A DNA stretch of 64,000 nt from Promethearchaeati archaeon (GCA_013166775.1 JABLTJ010000007.1:32001-96000); one strand, 5' to 3'; numbered from the stretch's first letter, positions 30,000 to 40,957 are shown. Numbers and translations: made by a program. Notes: a model not told the origin generated them from the letters alone.

Positions 30000-31265
30000 A
30001 TGGTTTCAGCTAATTCAATGAAATTAGACCACTTGAATCTTGATGTTAAGATTAATCCAGAAGATTCATCAATAACTAGCATAGCTCTAATAAATCTCAG
30101 TAAAATTGAATCTAAATTGAGTGGAATCTTACTAAATCCAGATTTATTATGGGAGAAAGTTGTTGCAATACATGGAAATCAAGAATTTCAACTCGAACCT
30201 GTTGAAATTGATGTTTCTGAAAATATTCTGTATAATGTAGCTAAATCATGGGAATTTGAACTTCCCTCAGAACTAAAGAACTTAGATTCTTTAACTGTTT
30301 CATTTACATATTCAGGAAAGATAGTTGACACTACTTGGAATTTAAATCGCATTACTTCAACTGAAGTAGAACTAGCAGATTATGCGTTGTGGTATCCATA
30401 TATCAACCAAGCATCATTTTCATTTAATCTGACTCTTCATGCTCCAGAAGACTGGGTCTGGATCTCTAATGCATATTCAAAACCATGTAAGCAATGTTTC
30501 AAATGGAGAAATCCAAATCCCCAGATAGGAATAGTACTAGTTGGTTATCCAGAGAATCAAGCAATACAGGAAAAGAAGAGAAGCATTCTACAAGGATCAA
30601 ACAAAAATTATAATAAATTCCGTTCTTTGGAAATAGAATTTAACAAGATAATTCAGAAACAGATTGACTGGTTAGGATCTCCCCTTCAAGAAAATTTTTC
30701 TATAGTTCTTGTACATAGGGAGAAAGGAGGATCATATGTTCGAGGTAACTTAATGATTTATCCTGAGGTACTACCAGAAGAGTATTTTACTAAATTCAGC
30801 AAAAACGTTATTACATCATGGATTCATGAATATTCTCATCTATGGTTTAATAAATCACCAACTGATAATTGGCATAATTGGATAGATGAATCTTTAGCAG
30901 AATATAGTGCTTATCTAATGGCAAAAGATCATTTTGGTGAGGAATTCTTTGAAACGATAATTAAGAGAAGAAAGGAAATTGTAGAAGAAGCCGGAGAGTT
31001 ACCTCCAATTAATTCTATTAATAGATCGCATGAAAAATCATATATATTGTTCTATCACTGGGGAGCTTTAATTCATGAATCTATAAGAGAGAAAATAGGA
31101 GATAAGCTCATGAAACAGATTATTAGAGATTTTGCACAGAAATCTCTTGAAAAAGAACAAGTTGAAACAAAGGATTATGTTGAGAGTGTAAACCTTATCA
31201 CGAAAGAAGATTGGGAAGATTTTATTTACAAGAAAATATTTTCCCCACCTGAATTTAAAAATTAA
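30000..31265 (+). CDS. M1 family (gluzincin) aminopeptidase
   Basis: HEYSHLWF-x-WIDESLAEY zinc motif. Confidence 0.88.
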   Translation: MVSANSMKLDHLNLDVKINPEDSSITSIALINLSKIESKLSGILLNPDLLWEKVVAIHGNQEFQLEPVEIDVSENILYNVAKSWEFELPSELKNLDSLTVSFTYSGKIVDTTWNLNRITSTEVELADYALWYPYINQASFSFNLTLHAPEDWVWISNAYSKPCKQCFKWRNPNPQIGIVLVGYPENQAIQEKKRSILQGSNKNYNKFRSLEIEFNKIIQKQIDWLGSPLQENFSIVLVHREKGGSYVRGNLMIYPEVLPEEYFTKFSKNVITSWIHEYSHLWFNKSPTDNWHNWIDESLAEYSAYLMAKDHFGEEFFETIIKRRKEIVEEAGELPPINSINRSHEKSYILFYHWGALIHESIREKIGDKLMKQIIRDFAQKSLEKEQVETKDYVESVNLITKEDWEDFIYKKIFSPPEFKN

Positions 31266-31271
31266 TAAAAA

Positions 31272-31979
31272 TCACTTAATAAAATCAGCAAGCGTTTTTT
31301 GTTTGTAACGTTTGTTATTTGTTCCTTTCAAATCCCTCAGAGTTTTAATATCAGTTAGATATGCTGATGCATTAGGTATTTTGCTGTGATCTTTTCTTAA
31401 GATAGATTTTATTCCCCCATAAGACATGTAGATATCAGAATAATTTGAAACTAGTTGAACAGCTGTTTCTCTTACTTCTTTTTCTTCATAAAATAATGCT
31501 GCTGACAAAGGAGCTATCGCTGAAGGATCTTTCAATTCTTTCAAAGCCTTGATCAAAGCTTTAGCTGCTGACTTACCTATCCTCTCTAGAGCATAAACAG
31601 CATACTCACGAACAATCACATCTTCCTTCTCATCTTTGAGTGTAGCGATTAAAGGTCCAATTGCTTTTGGACTACCTATTTTTCCAAGAGTTTCTGTTGC
31701 ACATATGCGAACTCTACTTCTATTATTCCCTAGTTCAACGATAAGTGGATCAACTGCTTGATAACCTATTTCTTCTAAAGCTTTTGCAGCTATATAGCGA
31801 ATATCTTTGTCTTCATCTTTGAGTGTATCAATTAAAGGTTCGATTATGGGTTCACCTAATCTGATCAAAGCAGAAAAAGCAGATTCAATTTCAGAAGCAT
31901 CTTCGGATCTCAGTTCACTTATTATCCTATGAAAGTCTTCTCCACTTTCGAATCTTTTTATGTATTTGTCTACGCTCAT
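31272..31979 (-). CDS. HEAT repeat (PBS lyase-like) protein
   Basis: Repeated PLIxxLKD..VRxxAxxALxxIG units. Confidence 0.88.
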   Translation of the reverse strand: MSVDKYIKRFESGEDFHRIISELRSEDASEIESAFSALIRLGEPIIEPLIDTLKDEDKDIRYIAAKALEEIGYQAVDPLIVELGNNRSRVRICATETLGKIGSPKAIGPLIATLKDEKEDVIVREYAVYALERIGKSAAKALIKALKELKDPSAIAPLSAALFYEEKEVRETAVQLVSNYSDIYMSYGGIKSILRKDHSKIPNASAYLTDIKTLRDLKGTNNKRYKQKTLADFIK

Positions 31980-32382
31980 ATCGAACCCTATCTGTTACTA
32001 AGATTGAACCTCAACAAAGACGTGATTGCAATCTCCTATATAAATTATATCCTTGGTTTTAAATGTAAAGCAAAGTGTCGGGAGTCTAATGAGTATTTTT
32101 AAACACGATTTTCTTACTCTTTATTATGAACCTAAAACCAAAAGAATATCTGTTTAGCAGATAAACTGCAAAAAAATAAAACCAATCCGAATCTGAAAAT
32201 TCAGCTTATGTCACTTACCACCTTCTTGTAAGATACATCCCTATTTTCTTGTGAATTTAGAATCTTCTACCCACCTTATTAATTGGACGAGCTTCCTATA
32301 AAATCACCTTCAAGCAATATTAGTTCAATGAAAAATCATTTATTTACTTATATTTTTAAAGACACGCAGAGAGAGTATCCTA

Positions 32383-33621
32383 ATGAGTAAAACACTACAG
32401 CATGAAAAATTGATTGCATATTCAATTATGCTAGTGTTTTTAGTGTTAACTATAGTTCTACCATTTACATTAACAAGAGATACATCAGGTTATATTCTAA
32501 TAGAATCCGATAAGGACTTCAAGAAATATAAGCTACCAGGTAATGGAAGTTCTGAAAATCCTTACATAATTGAAAACGTAAATGTAGTTGATTCGATGAA
32601 ACGAGGAATTTCAATAGAAAACACTACAAAGCATTTTATTATTCAGAATTGTTACTTAGATGGAAATTTCTTTAATGGTATTCGTATAGCAAATATAGCT
32701 GAAGGAACAGCAAAAATTTTCAATAACACTTGTGTCAGTCATTCTATAGAGGGGATCATTGTATTATCAAGTGATTCAACTGAAATTTCAAACAATACAT
32801 GTTATAATAACAAGATAGGAATTGGACTATATGATTCAAATAATAGTACAATAAAGCATAATTATGTTTACAGGTATTTACTAGCTGATGATAGAGAGGG
32901 TCATTCTGATCGTGGTATAGTTGTTTCAAACTCAAAATATGTTAGTATTACAGGTAATAGAATAAAGAAAACATCAGGAGGGATGGAAATTGAATTCAGT
33001 GAAAATTGTTTTGTCTCAAATAATATTGTACAAACATCTTATCAATTTAGTATTGGTTTAGTTAATAGTTTCAATTGTCAAATAGTAAATTCAGAGTTCA
33101 AATCTAGTATTAGAATTGGAGTTTCTCTCTTTGATTCTAATGAAAATAGCATTCAAGACTGTTTAATAAAAAATAGTGAAAGAGGAATCAGATTATACAA
33201 CGCTACTAACAATATAATTGAATCAAACCAATTAGAAATAAATTTTCAAGGGATTAGTCTTTATTCAGAAAGTAATAGTAATCTGATTATTTATAACGTA
33301 TTTAGTAATAGCTCAAATGAAGGAATTGAAATAGATGATGGGAGCTTCAACAAAATACATCACAATTCCTTCTATGAAAATAACAAAGGAGAAATATCAC
33401 AAGCTAGTGATAATGGATATGATAATAGATGGTACGATGATGTTTCTTCTGAAGGTAATTTTTGGTATGGATGGAATGCTTCATTCCCATATGAAATTCT
33501 TGGAAATGCTAACAGTACCGATCCTTTCCCGCTAAACGATCCTGCTACACTACCAAGCCTTTTTCCTAAGAATAGTATAAGAATTCTGATTCTTTATTGG
33601 AAAAGAAACAACATGAAATAA
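32383..33621 (+). CDS. Membrane-anchored right-handed parallel beta-helix (NosD-like) protein
   Basis: N-terminal TM; GNGSSENPYIIEN; GIxLxxSxNxxIxxN repeats; GNFWYGW...DPFPL. Confidence 0.88.
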   Translation: MSKTLQHEKLIAYSIMLVFLVLTIVLPFTLTRDTSGYILIESDKDFKKYKLPGNGSSENPYIIENVNVVDSMKRGISIENTTKHFIIQNCYLDGNFFNGIRIANIAEGTAKIFNNTCVSHSIEGIIVLSSDSTEISNNTCYNNKIGIGLYDSNNSTIKHNYVYRYLLADDREGHSDRGIVVSNSKYVSITGNRIKKTSGGMEIEFSENCFVSNNIVQTSYQFSIGLVNSFNCQIVNSEFKSSIRIGVSLFDSNENSIQDCLIKNSERGIRLYNATNNIIESNQLEINFQGISLYSESNSNLIIYNVFSNSSNEGIEIDDGSFNKIHHNSFYENNKGEISQASDNGYDNRWYDDVSSEGNFWYGWNASFPYEILGNANSTDPFPLNDPATLPSLFPKNSIRILILYWKRNNMK

Positions 33622-33673
33622 ATGAAATTTCTAAGCCAATAATGTTATTAATCCGAAATTCTTTGTATTTTTT

Positions 33674-34024
33674 ATGACAATTCAAGAACAGTATCAGAAA
33701 TTTCAGAAACTAGAAGAAGAATTGAAAGCAGGGAGATTGAAAACCGGAGATAGACATTATCAGCAATTTGCGATAGAACTCTTCGAACAAACAGACTGTA
33801 AATCCCTAACTATTGAAGATTCTATTAAAGCTGTTGAAATATTAAATACTCTTAATATCAAGCTTCATCAAGAGCAAATGGAAATCGGTGAAGGAAGTTG
33901 GTTATCATCTTGTGCAAAATACAAAACAATCAGTAATATTGAATTATTGATTTTCGTCTTATATCCTCTTGGAACTGAAAAATTTACAGAAGAACCTAAA
34001 GTTTGTGTAGTTGAAATTCCTTAG
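33674..34024 (+). CDS. Hypothetical protein
   Basis: 116-aa ATG ORF fills the gap between genes. Confidence 0.6.
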   Translation: MTIQEQYQKFQKLEEELKAGRLKTGDRHYQQFAIELFEQTDCKSLTIEDSIKAVEILNTLNIKLHQEQMEIGEGSWLSSCAKYKTISNIELLIFVLYPLGTEKFTEEPKVCVVEIP

Positions 34025-34105
34025 CAAAATTACGAAAACTCTTCTCTGTTTTTCTTTCTACATAAAATTATTATATAAATTAAAAATGTTTAATCCAAAC
34101 AATAG

Positions 34106-34918
34106 ATGGTTTTAGATATGGATTCTAAATTGAAAGAACGAAAAGATATTTTTGAAATTATACACGATAGAAGATCAATTAGGAGATTTTCGGAAAAAGA
34201 AGTATCTAATGAAGTACTTGAGAAAATTCTAAAAGCAGGTTTTAGAGCTCCGTTTGCAGCTCAACTGTGTAGTGTTGTATATACACGGGATTCAGAAAAG
34301 TTGAAACAATTCAAAGGAGTAGGTCTTTATCCCTCAACTCAGGTTTTCATGATATTTTTTATAGATTTTCTCAGAATGGAAAAAATTATGTCTCAAAGAG
34401 GACACACGTATGATTTTGATGACGGGATGACTTTGTGGCTAGGGATACAAGATGTTACACTTGCAATAGAAAACGTCATACTAGCATCTGAATCTTTAGG
34501 TTTGGGTTCAGTTCTCCTTGGTGTTATCCCTCTAAAAGCAGAATTAATATCGGAAATATTTAACGTCCCAAAGAGAGTTTTTCCTGTAGTTGGCTTGTGT
34601 CTAGGCTATCCAGATCAATCTGTTGAAACAGCTATCAGACCACGATTTCCCTTAGTTCATAACGCATTTGAAGATTCATACAAAGATCTTTCTGAAGCTG
34701 ATGTCAAGGAATGTATGAGAGAGATGGATGAAGGTTATTTAACGCAAGGTTACTATATCAAGCAGAGAATAAAAATACCTCTAAAAGAAGGCAAAGATGA
34801 GATTGATTATGATAAGTATTCTTGGTCAGAACATATATCTCGAAAATTTTCCCAAAGGAGATGGAGTGGCGACACTTTATTTTCTATAATCAAAAAACAT
34901 GGTTTCAACATTGAATAA
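34106..34918 (+). CDS. Nitroreductase family (NfsA-like) flavoprotein
   Basis: RRSIRRF, ESLGLGSV, GLCLGYPD, RPRFP. Confidence 0.92.
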   Translation: MVLDMDSKLKERKDIFEIIHDRRSIRRFSEKEVSNEVLEKILKAGFRAPFAAQLCSVVYTRDSEKLKQFKGVGLYPSTQVFMIFFIDFLRMEKIMSQRGHTYDFDDGMTLWLGIQDVTLAIENVILASESLGLGSVLLGVIPLKAELISEIFNVPKRVFPVVGLCLGYPDQSVETAIRPRFPLVHNAFEDSYKDLSEADVKECMREMDEGYLTQGYYIKQRIKIPLKEGKDEIDYDKYSWSEHISRKFSQRRWSGDTLFSIIKKHGFNIE

Positions 34919-34948
34919 AAGAATCCTCTTAGTAAGTTTCAGAGGATT

Positions 34949-36127
34949 TTATTCCTCTTCTTTTTCTACAGGTAGTCTTGAAATCAGAATATTCCAGTTT
35001 TGCATTAAATGTAATTCTTGAAGCATTTCATCGGTTAGGAACCGTTTCCTATCTTTAAAACCAAGATTAATAGCAGTGTTCAAATGCTTGAAGGCATTAT
35101 CGTTTTTCCCCAATGCTGCCCAAAGAGTTCCTAGTCTAAAGTGTATACTTGCAGGAGAGATTTTATTAGCAGATATTAAATCTGAATCCTTTAGAGCTTC
35201 TCGTTCTTCCTGGATAAAGTGTAAAGCTTGTTCATAGAAATTAATGGATTTTTCAAAATTCTTCCTTGTTAATTCTATATATCCATTGTATAATTTATTA
35301 TCTAGTTGATTTATGTATAATTCAAAGACATTGTAATCTCTAACTAACTTATATCCTACTTTTTCTGAAACTTTCCATGATGGTAGGTTGTCACTTGCAC
35401 AGTGCCATCCAACATCTCGAAAATTTGTTAATGCAAATTCTGCAGAAGCTGAGACAGCTAAAGTTGCGAGTCCTTTCTTTTGATATTCCTTTTTTGTAGC
35501 AACTGCACATTCAATTTTCTTATCTTTTGTTAGATATTCAAACGTACTCCAACAGACTATTTCTCTTTCATCTTTAAGAACACAAAATCCTCCTCCTGTT
35601 TGAAGAAAATCTTTATATGAATCCCATACTCCTTCTATTTCCTCAGTCAACCAGCCAATATTTATTAAGGATTCTTTTGTAAGCAAAGACTCATCGATTT
35701 GAACAACTGTAAATCCTTCTGGAATTAACTCTCGCCAGTTAGGGATAGCAAGTTTTTGAATAGAGTAATATTTTCGAGTAAGAGAAATTGGATCTTGAAA
35801 TTTTGATTCCAAAACCTTCTTCCACTCATCACTAGGCCAATAGAATCTAAAGAATTTTGCATCAGATTTATTTTTCACTATTTTTGGATACTCGATTTCT
35901 AAATAGTGCTTAACTGCATCGATAAAATCTGATATTACATTGAAACCTCCAAAAAAAACTCTCCATTGTGATATTATTACTGCATTCTTGGGATAGTTAA
36001 GATTATCTACGAAAACTTCACTTGTAATTATGCCATCTAAAATACTGAAAATCTGATTATTGTACTCTAGTTCAATAAATAAATCGCGTATTTTGTGAAA
36101 ATCTAAGTTTCTTAATTTGTAAAGCAT
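34949..36127 (-). CDS. GNAT acetyltransferase with C-terminal TPR domain
   Basis: ATKKEYQKKGLAT, WHCASDNLPSWKVSEKVGY; TPR helices ending AINLGF. Confidence 0.85.
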   Translation of the reverse strand: MLYKLRNLDFHKIRDLFIELEYNNQIFSILDGIITSEVFVDNLNYPKNAVIISQWRVFFGGFNVISDFIDAVKHYLEIEYPKIVKNKSDAKFFRFYWPSDEWKKVLESKFQDPISLTRKYYSIQKLAIPNWRELIPEGFTVVQIDESLLTKESLINIGWLTEEIEGVWDSYKDFLQTGGGFCVLKDEREIVCWSTFEYLTKDKKIECAVATKKEYQKKGLATLAVSASAEFALTNFRDVGWHCASDNLPSWKVSEKVGYKLVRDYNVFELYINQLDNKLYNGYIELTRKNFEKSINFYEQALHFIQEEREALKDSDLISANKISPASIHFRLGTLWAALGKNDNAFKHLNTAINLGFKDRKRFLTDEMLQELHLMQNWNILISRLPVEKEEE

Positions 36128-36209
36128 TTGAATTTTATCACTTATTGGTATGGCAGAACCCTCTATTTATAAGTCTTTTAGTACACAAAAAAAGAAAAAA
36201 AATAGATGT

Positions 36210-36790
36210 CTATCTCTTCTTTCTATTTCGGAGTAAAACTATAGTTACTGTTGAAATGATAATTCCAAAAATTGCTACTTCAAAATTGAACGGAATAGGT
36301 AGTTCTTCTAGAGATTTTACTTCTGTATTAGACAGCAATCCTATCAATTTAACATAAGAAACAATCCCTTCATCATTAACTACAGAGATAAAATATGCTT
36401 CTTTCTTTTTTACATGGTCTTCTGATTCAATATGTTCTTTAAGTTCACTTGTATAATATTTAATCTCAGGATTACGAATTTCATAGTCTTCAAAATAAAA
36501 ATTAATAATAAGAGCTACATCATTTGTATCTGCTAATTTTGAACCTCCACCTCCTGGTGATCAACATTGTTGAACATCACAGAAAAAGCAAGTTATAATA
36601 ACTGTAGGACCAAAACCATTTTCAGTAAAACTATAATATGGACTTGAAGAAGGAATTAAACTTCCAGCTTCTATACTAATTGAATTGTGACGCTTATAGG
36701 TTAAATTGAATAATCTTCAAATTCGTTAGCAGTATTTACCTCAAAATCTTCAGCTGATGCATTCATGTATGTAGTATAATTTAAATCAGT
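36210..36790 (-). pseudogene. Decayed secreted protein with C-terminal TM/basic anchor
   Basis: Open frame ending PIPFNFEVAIFGIIISTVTIVLLRNRKKR* with an in-frame TGA at 36561-36563 and a frameshift near 36710; no start or signal peptide. Confidence 0.6.
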
Positions 36791-36806
36791 TAAACAAATA
36801 TTTAGA

Positions 36807-37721
36807 TTAAGAATCAGAGATAGTGAAAAATTCCAATCTATCTATGTTAATCAGTGCTTTTTGTGATAATTTACGGATAGCAGATAAAAAGAAATTCAAA
36901 TCTATATGCATTTTCATCTGTTCATATATGTCCAGAATACTGTCAGTTTCATTATTAAAACAATTAGTTAAAATATTACTGTAATCTGTGTATTCACTCG
37001 GATCTAGATTCTTAAACAAATCCTTCCTCTGTTCTTTGAAAACAGCTATAGCTCTTTGATTGGTATGAGGAAGAGATATCGGCGATCTTATTAGTATCTC
37101 TAGTTCAGAAATTTCTTTATCAGTTGGATAATTGTATATCCTTTCATCTAGAAAGACTAGAATATATGGTAGAATGTTATCATCAAATTGAGCAACAGAT
37201 TCTAATATGTTAGCTAAAACTTGATACCAATCAGAAGCATTCTCTCTTACGATTTCATCTGTTAATATCGAGCTGATCTTAATAAATCCTAATTGTGAAG
37301 AAGCTCGAACATGTTCGAAGTTTCTTGTTCTTATTAATTTCACTCCATATTTTAATTGTCTGAGTCCATCATTTATCTCTAATTCACGAATATATTTGGC
37401 TTTGAAATGTTCAACAAGAGGTATCTCTTTTGTAGTGATATCTAATTTTTCTGGTTTAGGAATAGAAAACAGTTCTTCTTTTTTATCTATAGTTTGATTA
37501 TCGGATCCGACATGTACTTGTGATCTAACAACATAAAAGCTGTCTATGAAAAGAATATTTGCTGTAAGGTTGGATTCACGACATTGATGAACATCAACTA
37601 ATTCGCATAATCCTCTGGAATCCACTGTAACCTTGACAGAGGATGGAACGAAGACCTTCCTCTTTTTGTTACATTGATTACATTGGTATGAAATACTAGC
37701 TTTATCAGGAAAGTCAACCAA
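36807..37721 (-). CDS. Hypothetical protein with N-terminal Zn-binding CxxC..HxC domain; paralog of 12364-13308
   Basis: YQCNQC...DVHQC...IDSFYVVRSQV; C-terminus INIDRLEFFTIS. Confidence 0.7.
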   Translation of the reverse strand: MVDFPDKASISYQCNQCNKKRKVFVPSSVKVTVDSRGLCELVDVHQCRESNLTANILFIDSFYVVRSQVHVGSDNQTIDKKEELFSIPKPEKLDITTKEIPLVEHFKAKYIRELEINDGLRQLKYGVKLIRTRNFEHVRASSQLGFIKISSILTDEIVRENASDWYQVLANILESVAQFDDNILPYILVFLDERIYNYPTDKEISELEILIRSPISLPHTNQRAIAVFKEQRKDLFKNLDPSEYTDYSNILTNCFNNETDSILDIYEQMKMHIDLNFFLSAIRKLSQKALINIDRLEFFTISDS

Positions 37722-37850
37722 TTTTAGACCTCAATACACCGGACAAATAGAAATAAGACTCAAATCCTTTAATTTCTTTCTTTAGTACTAGGAAAAAAAA
37801 CCTTATAAGACTCCAATCGATGTTGCCTATTTATTGAAAGAGGGTAAAGA

Positions 37851-38903
37851 ATGAGCGAATTAAGAATCATTATTGGAGAAAAAGAAGAGATATCAGAACA
37901 ATATCTCGCTCAATTATTCGCTTTAAGGCAACAACATGAAGAAGAAATATTTCCCTTTATACCTCCCTCTCTTGAATTTTATAAAGAATCTTGGAAAATT
38001 CCTGATATTTCAAGTAGGAAAAGCTTGTGGTCTTTAGCAATAAATGAGGATAATCTTGTTATAGGTTATGGTATCGCTTCCTGGAACATCAAATTCGATA
38101 ATCTAGACAAAGCATATTTCTCTATCTATGTCTCTAGACTCTTTAGAAGGAAAGGTTATGGTTCTCTCCTTCTAAAAAATATCTTGGAAAAACTTCCCTC
38201 ACAAATAGAAAAATTGAACTCAGGAAGTTCAGAGAACTGTGATGGCTTACCGTTTCTACGAAATTTAAAGACTGAAGAAAGCTATGTCGAAATGATTAGC
38301 ATTGCAGATTTAGCTGATTTTAATCTGAATCAAATAATAAATCAAGCACAAGAACAGAAGGAGAAAGCTTTAGCTAAAGGCTATGAGATCATTTTTGTTG
38401 ACAATGCAAATTATGCAGATTATCTTGATTATCCAGAATTCGTTAAAGTGGTTGAAAGTATATGGAATGATATGCCAAGAGAGAATCTTTCTGATGAGGA
38501 TTCCAAGGTTACAGTAGAACTTCACCAAGAGATCTATGATTATTACAAACTTAGAGGAGCAAAGTATTTTACATATGTTGCTATGCACAAACAAACCAAA
38601 AAAATCGTTGGGTTTACTACTGCAGCTGTTTATAAATATCAGCCTTGGGTTACATGGCAGGATGATACAGGAATAATACATGAACATAGAGGACATGGAT
38701 TAGGTCTAGCAATTAAATATCAAATGCTTAAGAAATTATTACAAGAAACGAAAGTAAAATATTGGTTTACGGGGAATAATCATAAGAATGAGCATATGAT
38801 CAAAATAAACAGAATTCTTAAACACAAAAAAAGGGATTCTGAAATTATTTTCGAATTTGATAGAAAATTAGTTTCCAATCATTTAGCTAAAAAAACTAGT
38901 TAA
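37851..38903 (+). CDS. Tandem GNAT acetyltransferase
   Basis: FRRKGYGS and TGIIHEHRGHGLG..K, TGN...NEHMIKINRIL. Confidence 0.88.
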   Translation: MSELRIIIGEKEEISEQYLAQLFALRQQHEEEIFPFIPPSLEFYKESWKIPDISSRKSLWSLAINEDNLVIGYGIASWNIKFDNLDKAYFSIYVSRLFRRKGYGSLLLKNILEKLPSQIEKLNSGSSENCDGLPFLRNLKTEESYVEMISIADLADFNLNQIINQAQEQKEKALAKGYEIIFVDNANYADYLDYPEFVKVVESIWNDMPRENLSDEDSKVTVELHQEIYDYYKLRGAKYFTYVAMHKQTKKIVGFTTAAVYKYQPWVTWQDDTGIIHEHRGHGLGLAIKYQMLKKLLQETKVKYWFTGNNHKNEHMIKINRILKHKKRDSEIIFEFDRKLVSNHLAKKTS

Positions 38904-38913
38904 ATTGAGCTAA

Positions 38914-39027
38914 ACAACAAAGGATCCTGGAAATGGAGATGAGAAACCTACTCTAACATCATTTGCAGTTTTTCTAATACCATTGTCAATAGTAACTTTA
39001 GTTATGATATATCAAAAGAGAAAGTAA
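38914..39027 (+). pseudogene. Orphan C-terminal anchor remnant
   Basis: TTKDPGNGDEKPTLTSFAVFLIPLSIVTLVMIYQKRK* without an upstream start, followed by a T-rich terminator-like tract. Confidence 0.55.
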
Positions 39028-39125
39028 ACTCTTCTTCCTTTTTTGTTTTTGTTCTAAACGATTGAGTTTTAAGTATAAAGTAAGAATAAATTTATTATAA
39101 TATACAACTTAAGAATAGTGATTCA

Positions 39126-40814
39126 ATGTCCAAGAAAGTAGTAATCATTGGAGGTGTAGCTGGAGGAGCTACAGCTGCTGTGAGATTAAGAAGATTAGAT
39201 GAATTTGCAGAGATTATTGTTCTAGAGAGAGGAGATTATGTATCATTTGCTAATTGTGGACTACCTTACTATGTTGGAGGAGTAATCAAGGAAAAAGAAA
39301 GATTACAACTTGTGACTCCAGATACATTTCTTAGAAGGTTCAATATAGATATAAGATTGAACAATGAAGCAATTGCAATAGATAGAGAAAAGAAATCAAT
39401 TCTAGTTAAAGATAGAAAAGAAAATAAAGACTACAATCTAGACTTTGATTACTTAATCCTAGCTCCTGGGGCTGAACCAATTCGTCCACCTTTCAAGGGT
39501 ATAGAAGAAGTTTCAGTATTCTCTCTTAGAACTATTCCTGACACATATGATATTGATGAATTTATTACTCAAAATAATCCTGCACATGCAACAATAATTG
39601 GTGGAGGATTCATTGGATTAGAAATGGCAGAGAATCTAAAAAACAGAGGATTAGATGTAACAGTTGTAGAATTAGTTGATCAAGTTATGGTCACTTTGGA
39701 TAGGGAAATGGCTCAGTTTGTTCATCAAGAATTATATCTTAATGATACTGATTTAGTATTAGGTGATGGAGTGGATTCTTTTGCTAAAAACACTGAAGGT
39801 AAAACAATTGTTAGAACACAAAGTGGCAATGAAGTACTAACAGATATGGTTATACTTGCAATAGGTATCAAACCCGAATCCAAACTAGCTAAAGAATGTG
39901 GTTTGGAATTAGGACAAAGAGGGCATATTATTGTCAATAAAAATATGAAGACTTCAGATGACAGTATTTTTGCGGTTGGAGATGCAGTTCAAGTAATAGA
40001 TTTGATAACTGGTGATTCTGCAGTAGTTCCTTTAGCTGGACCTGCAAACAAGCAAGGAAGAATCGCAGCTGATAATATAGCTGGAAGAAAAAGTGAGTAC
40101 AATGGAGTACTAGGAGCAGCTGTTGTGAAGATTTTTGATATTGTTGTTGCTCAAGTTGGTTTAAATGAGAAGAGATTAAAAAATACGAATATAAAATATG
40201 AAAAAGTTTACACTTATCCAATAAATCATCCTAGTTATTATCCAAACAGAGAAAAATTAGCGCTTAAACTTCTTTTTGAAGTCCCTTCTGGAAAAATTTT
40301 AGGAGCTCAAGTAATTGGTGGCAAGGGAGCGGAAAAAAGAGTAGACATTATTTCAACAGTCATTTACTTTAGTGGAACAGTGTTCGATTTGGAACAACTT
40401 GAGATAACATATGCTCCACCATTTAACAATGCAAAAGCAGCTGTGAATGTCCTCGGCTATGTAGCCTCAAACATGCTGAAAGGTGATTTTGATTATTGGC
40501 ATTGGGATGAAGCTGGCAAGCTAGTAGAAAACAATGATTATCTTCTTGATATTAGAAGAGAAGATGAATATGTAAGAGGAACAATAGGTAATGCAATTCA
40601 AATGAATGATCTTGATCTAAGAACAAGAATTGATGAGATTCCAAAAGATAAAGATATATACATTTTCTGTGAAGAAGGATACAGAGCGTACATAGCACAG
40701 AGACATCTAACTCAAAGAGGATATAAAGTTAAGAATCTCGTTGGAGGTTATATCTTCTATAAAATGGCACAAGCTTCAAAAGAAGAACTACTGACAAGGA
40801 TTGCTTTTAACTAG
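39126..40814 (+). CDS. cdr: CoA-disulfide reductase / NADH-dependent persulfide reductase with C-terminal rhodanese domain
   Basis: GGVAGGA, SFANCGLPY, GGGFIGLE, YAPPF; rhodanese FCEEGYRA. Confidence 0.92.
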   Translation: MSKKVVIIGGVAGGATAAVRLRRLDEFAEIIVLERGDYVSFANCGLPYYVGGVIKEKERLQLVTPDTFLRRFNIDIRLNNEAIAIDREKKSILVKDRKENKDYNLDFDYLILAPGAEPIRPPFKGIEEVSVFSLRTIPDTYDIDEFITQNNPAHATIIGGGFIGLEMAENLKNRGLDVTVVELVDQVMVTLDREMAQFVHQELYLNDTDLVLGDGVDSFAKNTEGKTIVRTQSGNEVLTDMVILAIGIKPESKLAKECGLELGQRGHIIVNKNMKTSDDSIFAVGDAVQVIDLITGDSAVVPLAGPANKQGRIAADNIAGRKSEYNGVLGAAVVKIFDIVVAQVGLNEKRLKNTNIKYEKVYTYPINHPSYYPNREKLALKLLFEVPSGKILGAQVIGGKGAEKRVDIISTVIYFSGTVFDLEQLEITYAPPFNNAKAAVNVLGYVASNMLKGDFDYWHWDEAGKLVENNDYLLDIRREDEYVRGTIGNAIQMNDLDLRTRIDEIPKDKDIYIFCEEGYRAYIAQRHLTQRGYKVKNLVGGYIFYKMAQASKEELLTRIAFN

Positions 40815-40957
40815 AATCATGTGTTTATTCATTTTATCTTAGGAGAAATAATTTTGAAAAACTTCTTTGATTTTCTTGATGAAAAGATATAAATCTGGAT
40901 GTCTTTGAGTAAGATTTTTAAGATTTTATTATACAAATAAATCTGAAAGTGTATTAA

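Noticed and set aside
31980-32380. 400-bp intergenic gap possibly hiding an ncRNA or another anchored-protein remnant
   Set aside because: All frames examined are heavily interrupted, and no convincing stem-loops or GC enrichment were found
36145-36357. 70-aa plus-strand ORF
   Set aside because: It is the antisense of the minus-strand anchored-protein remnant, which has the better protein-like pattern
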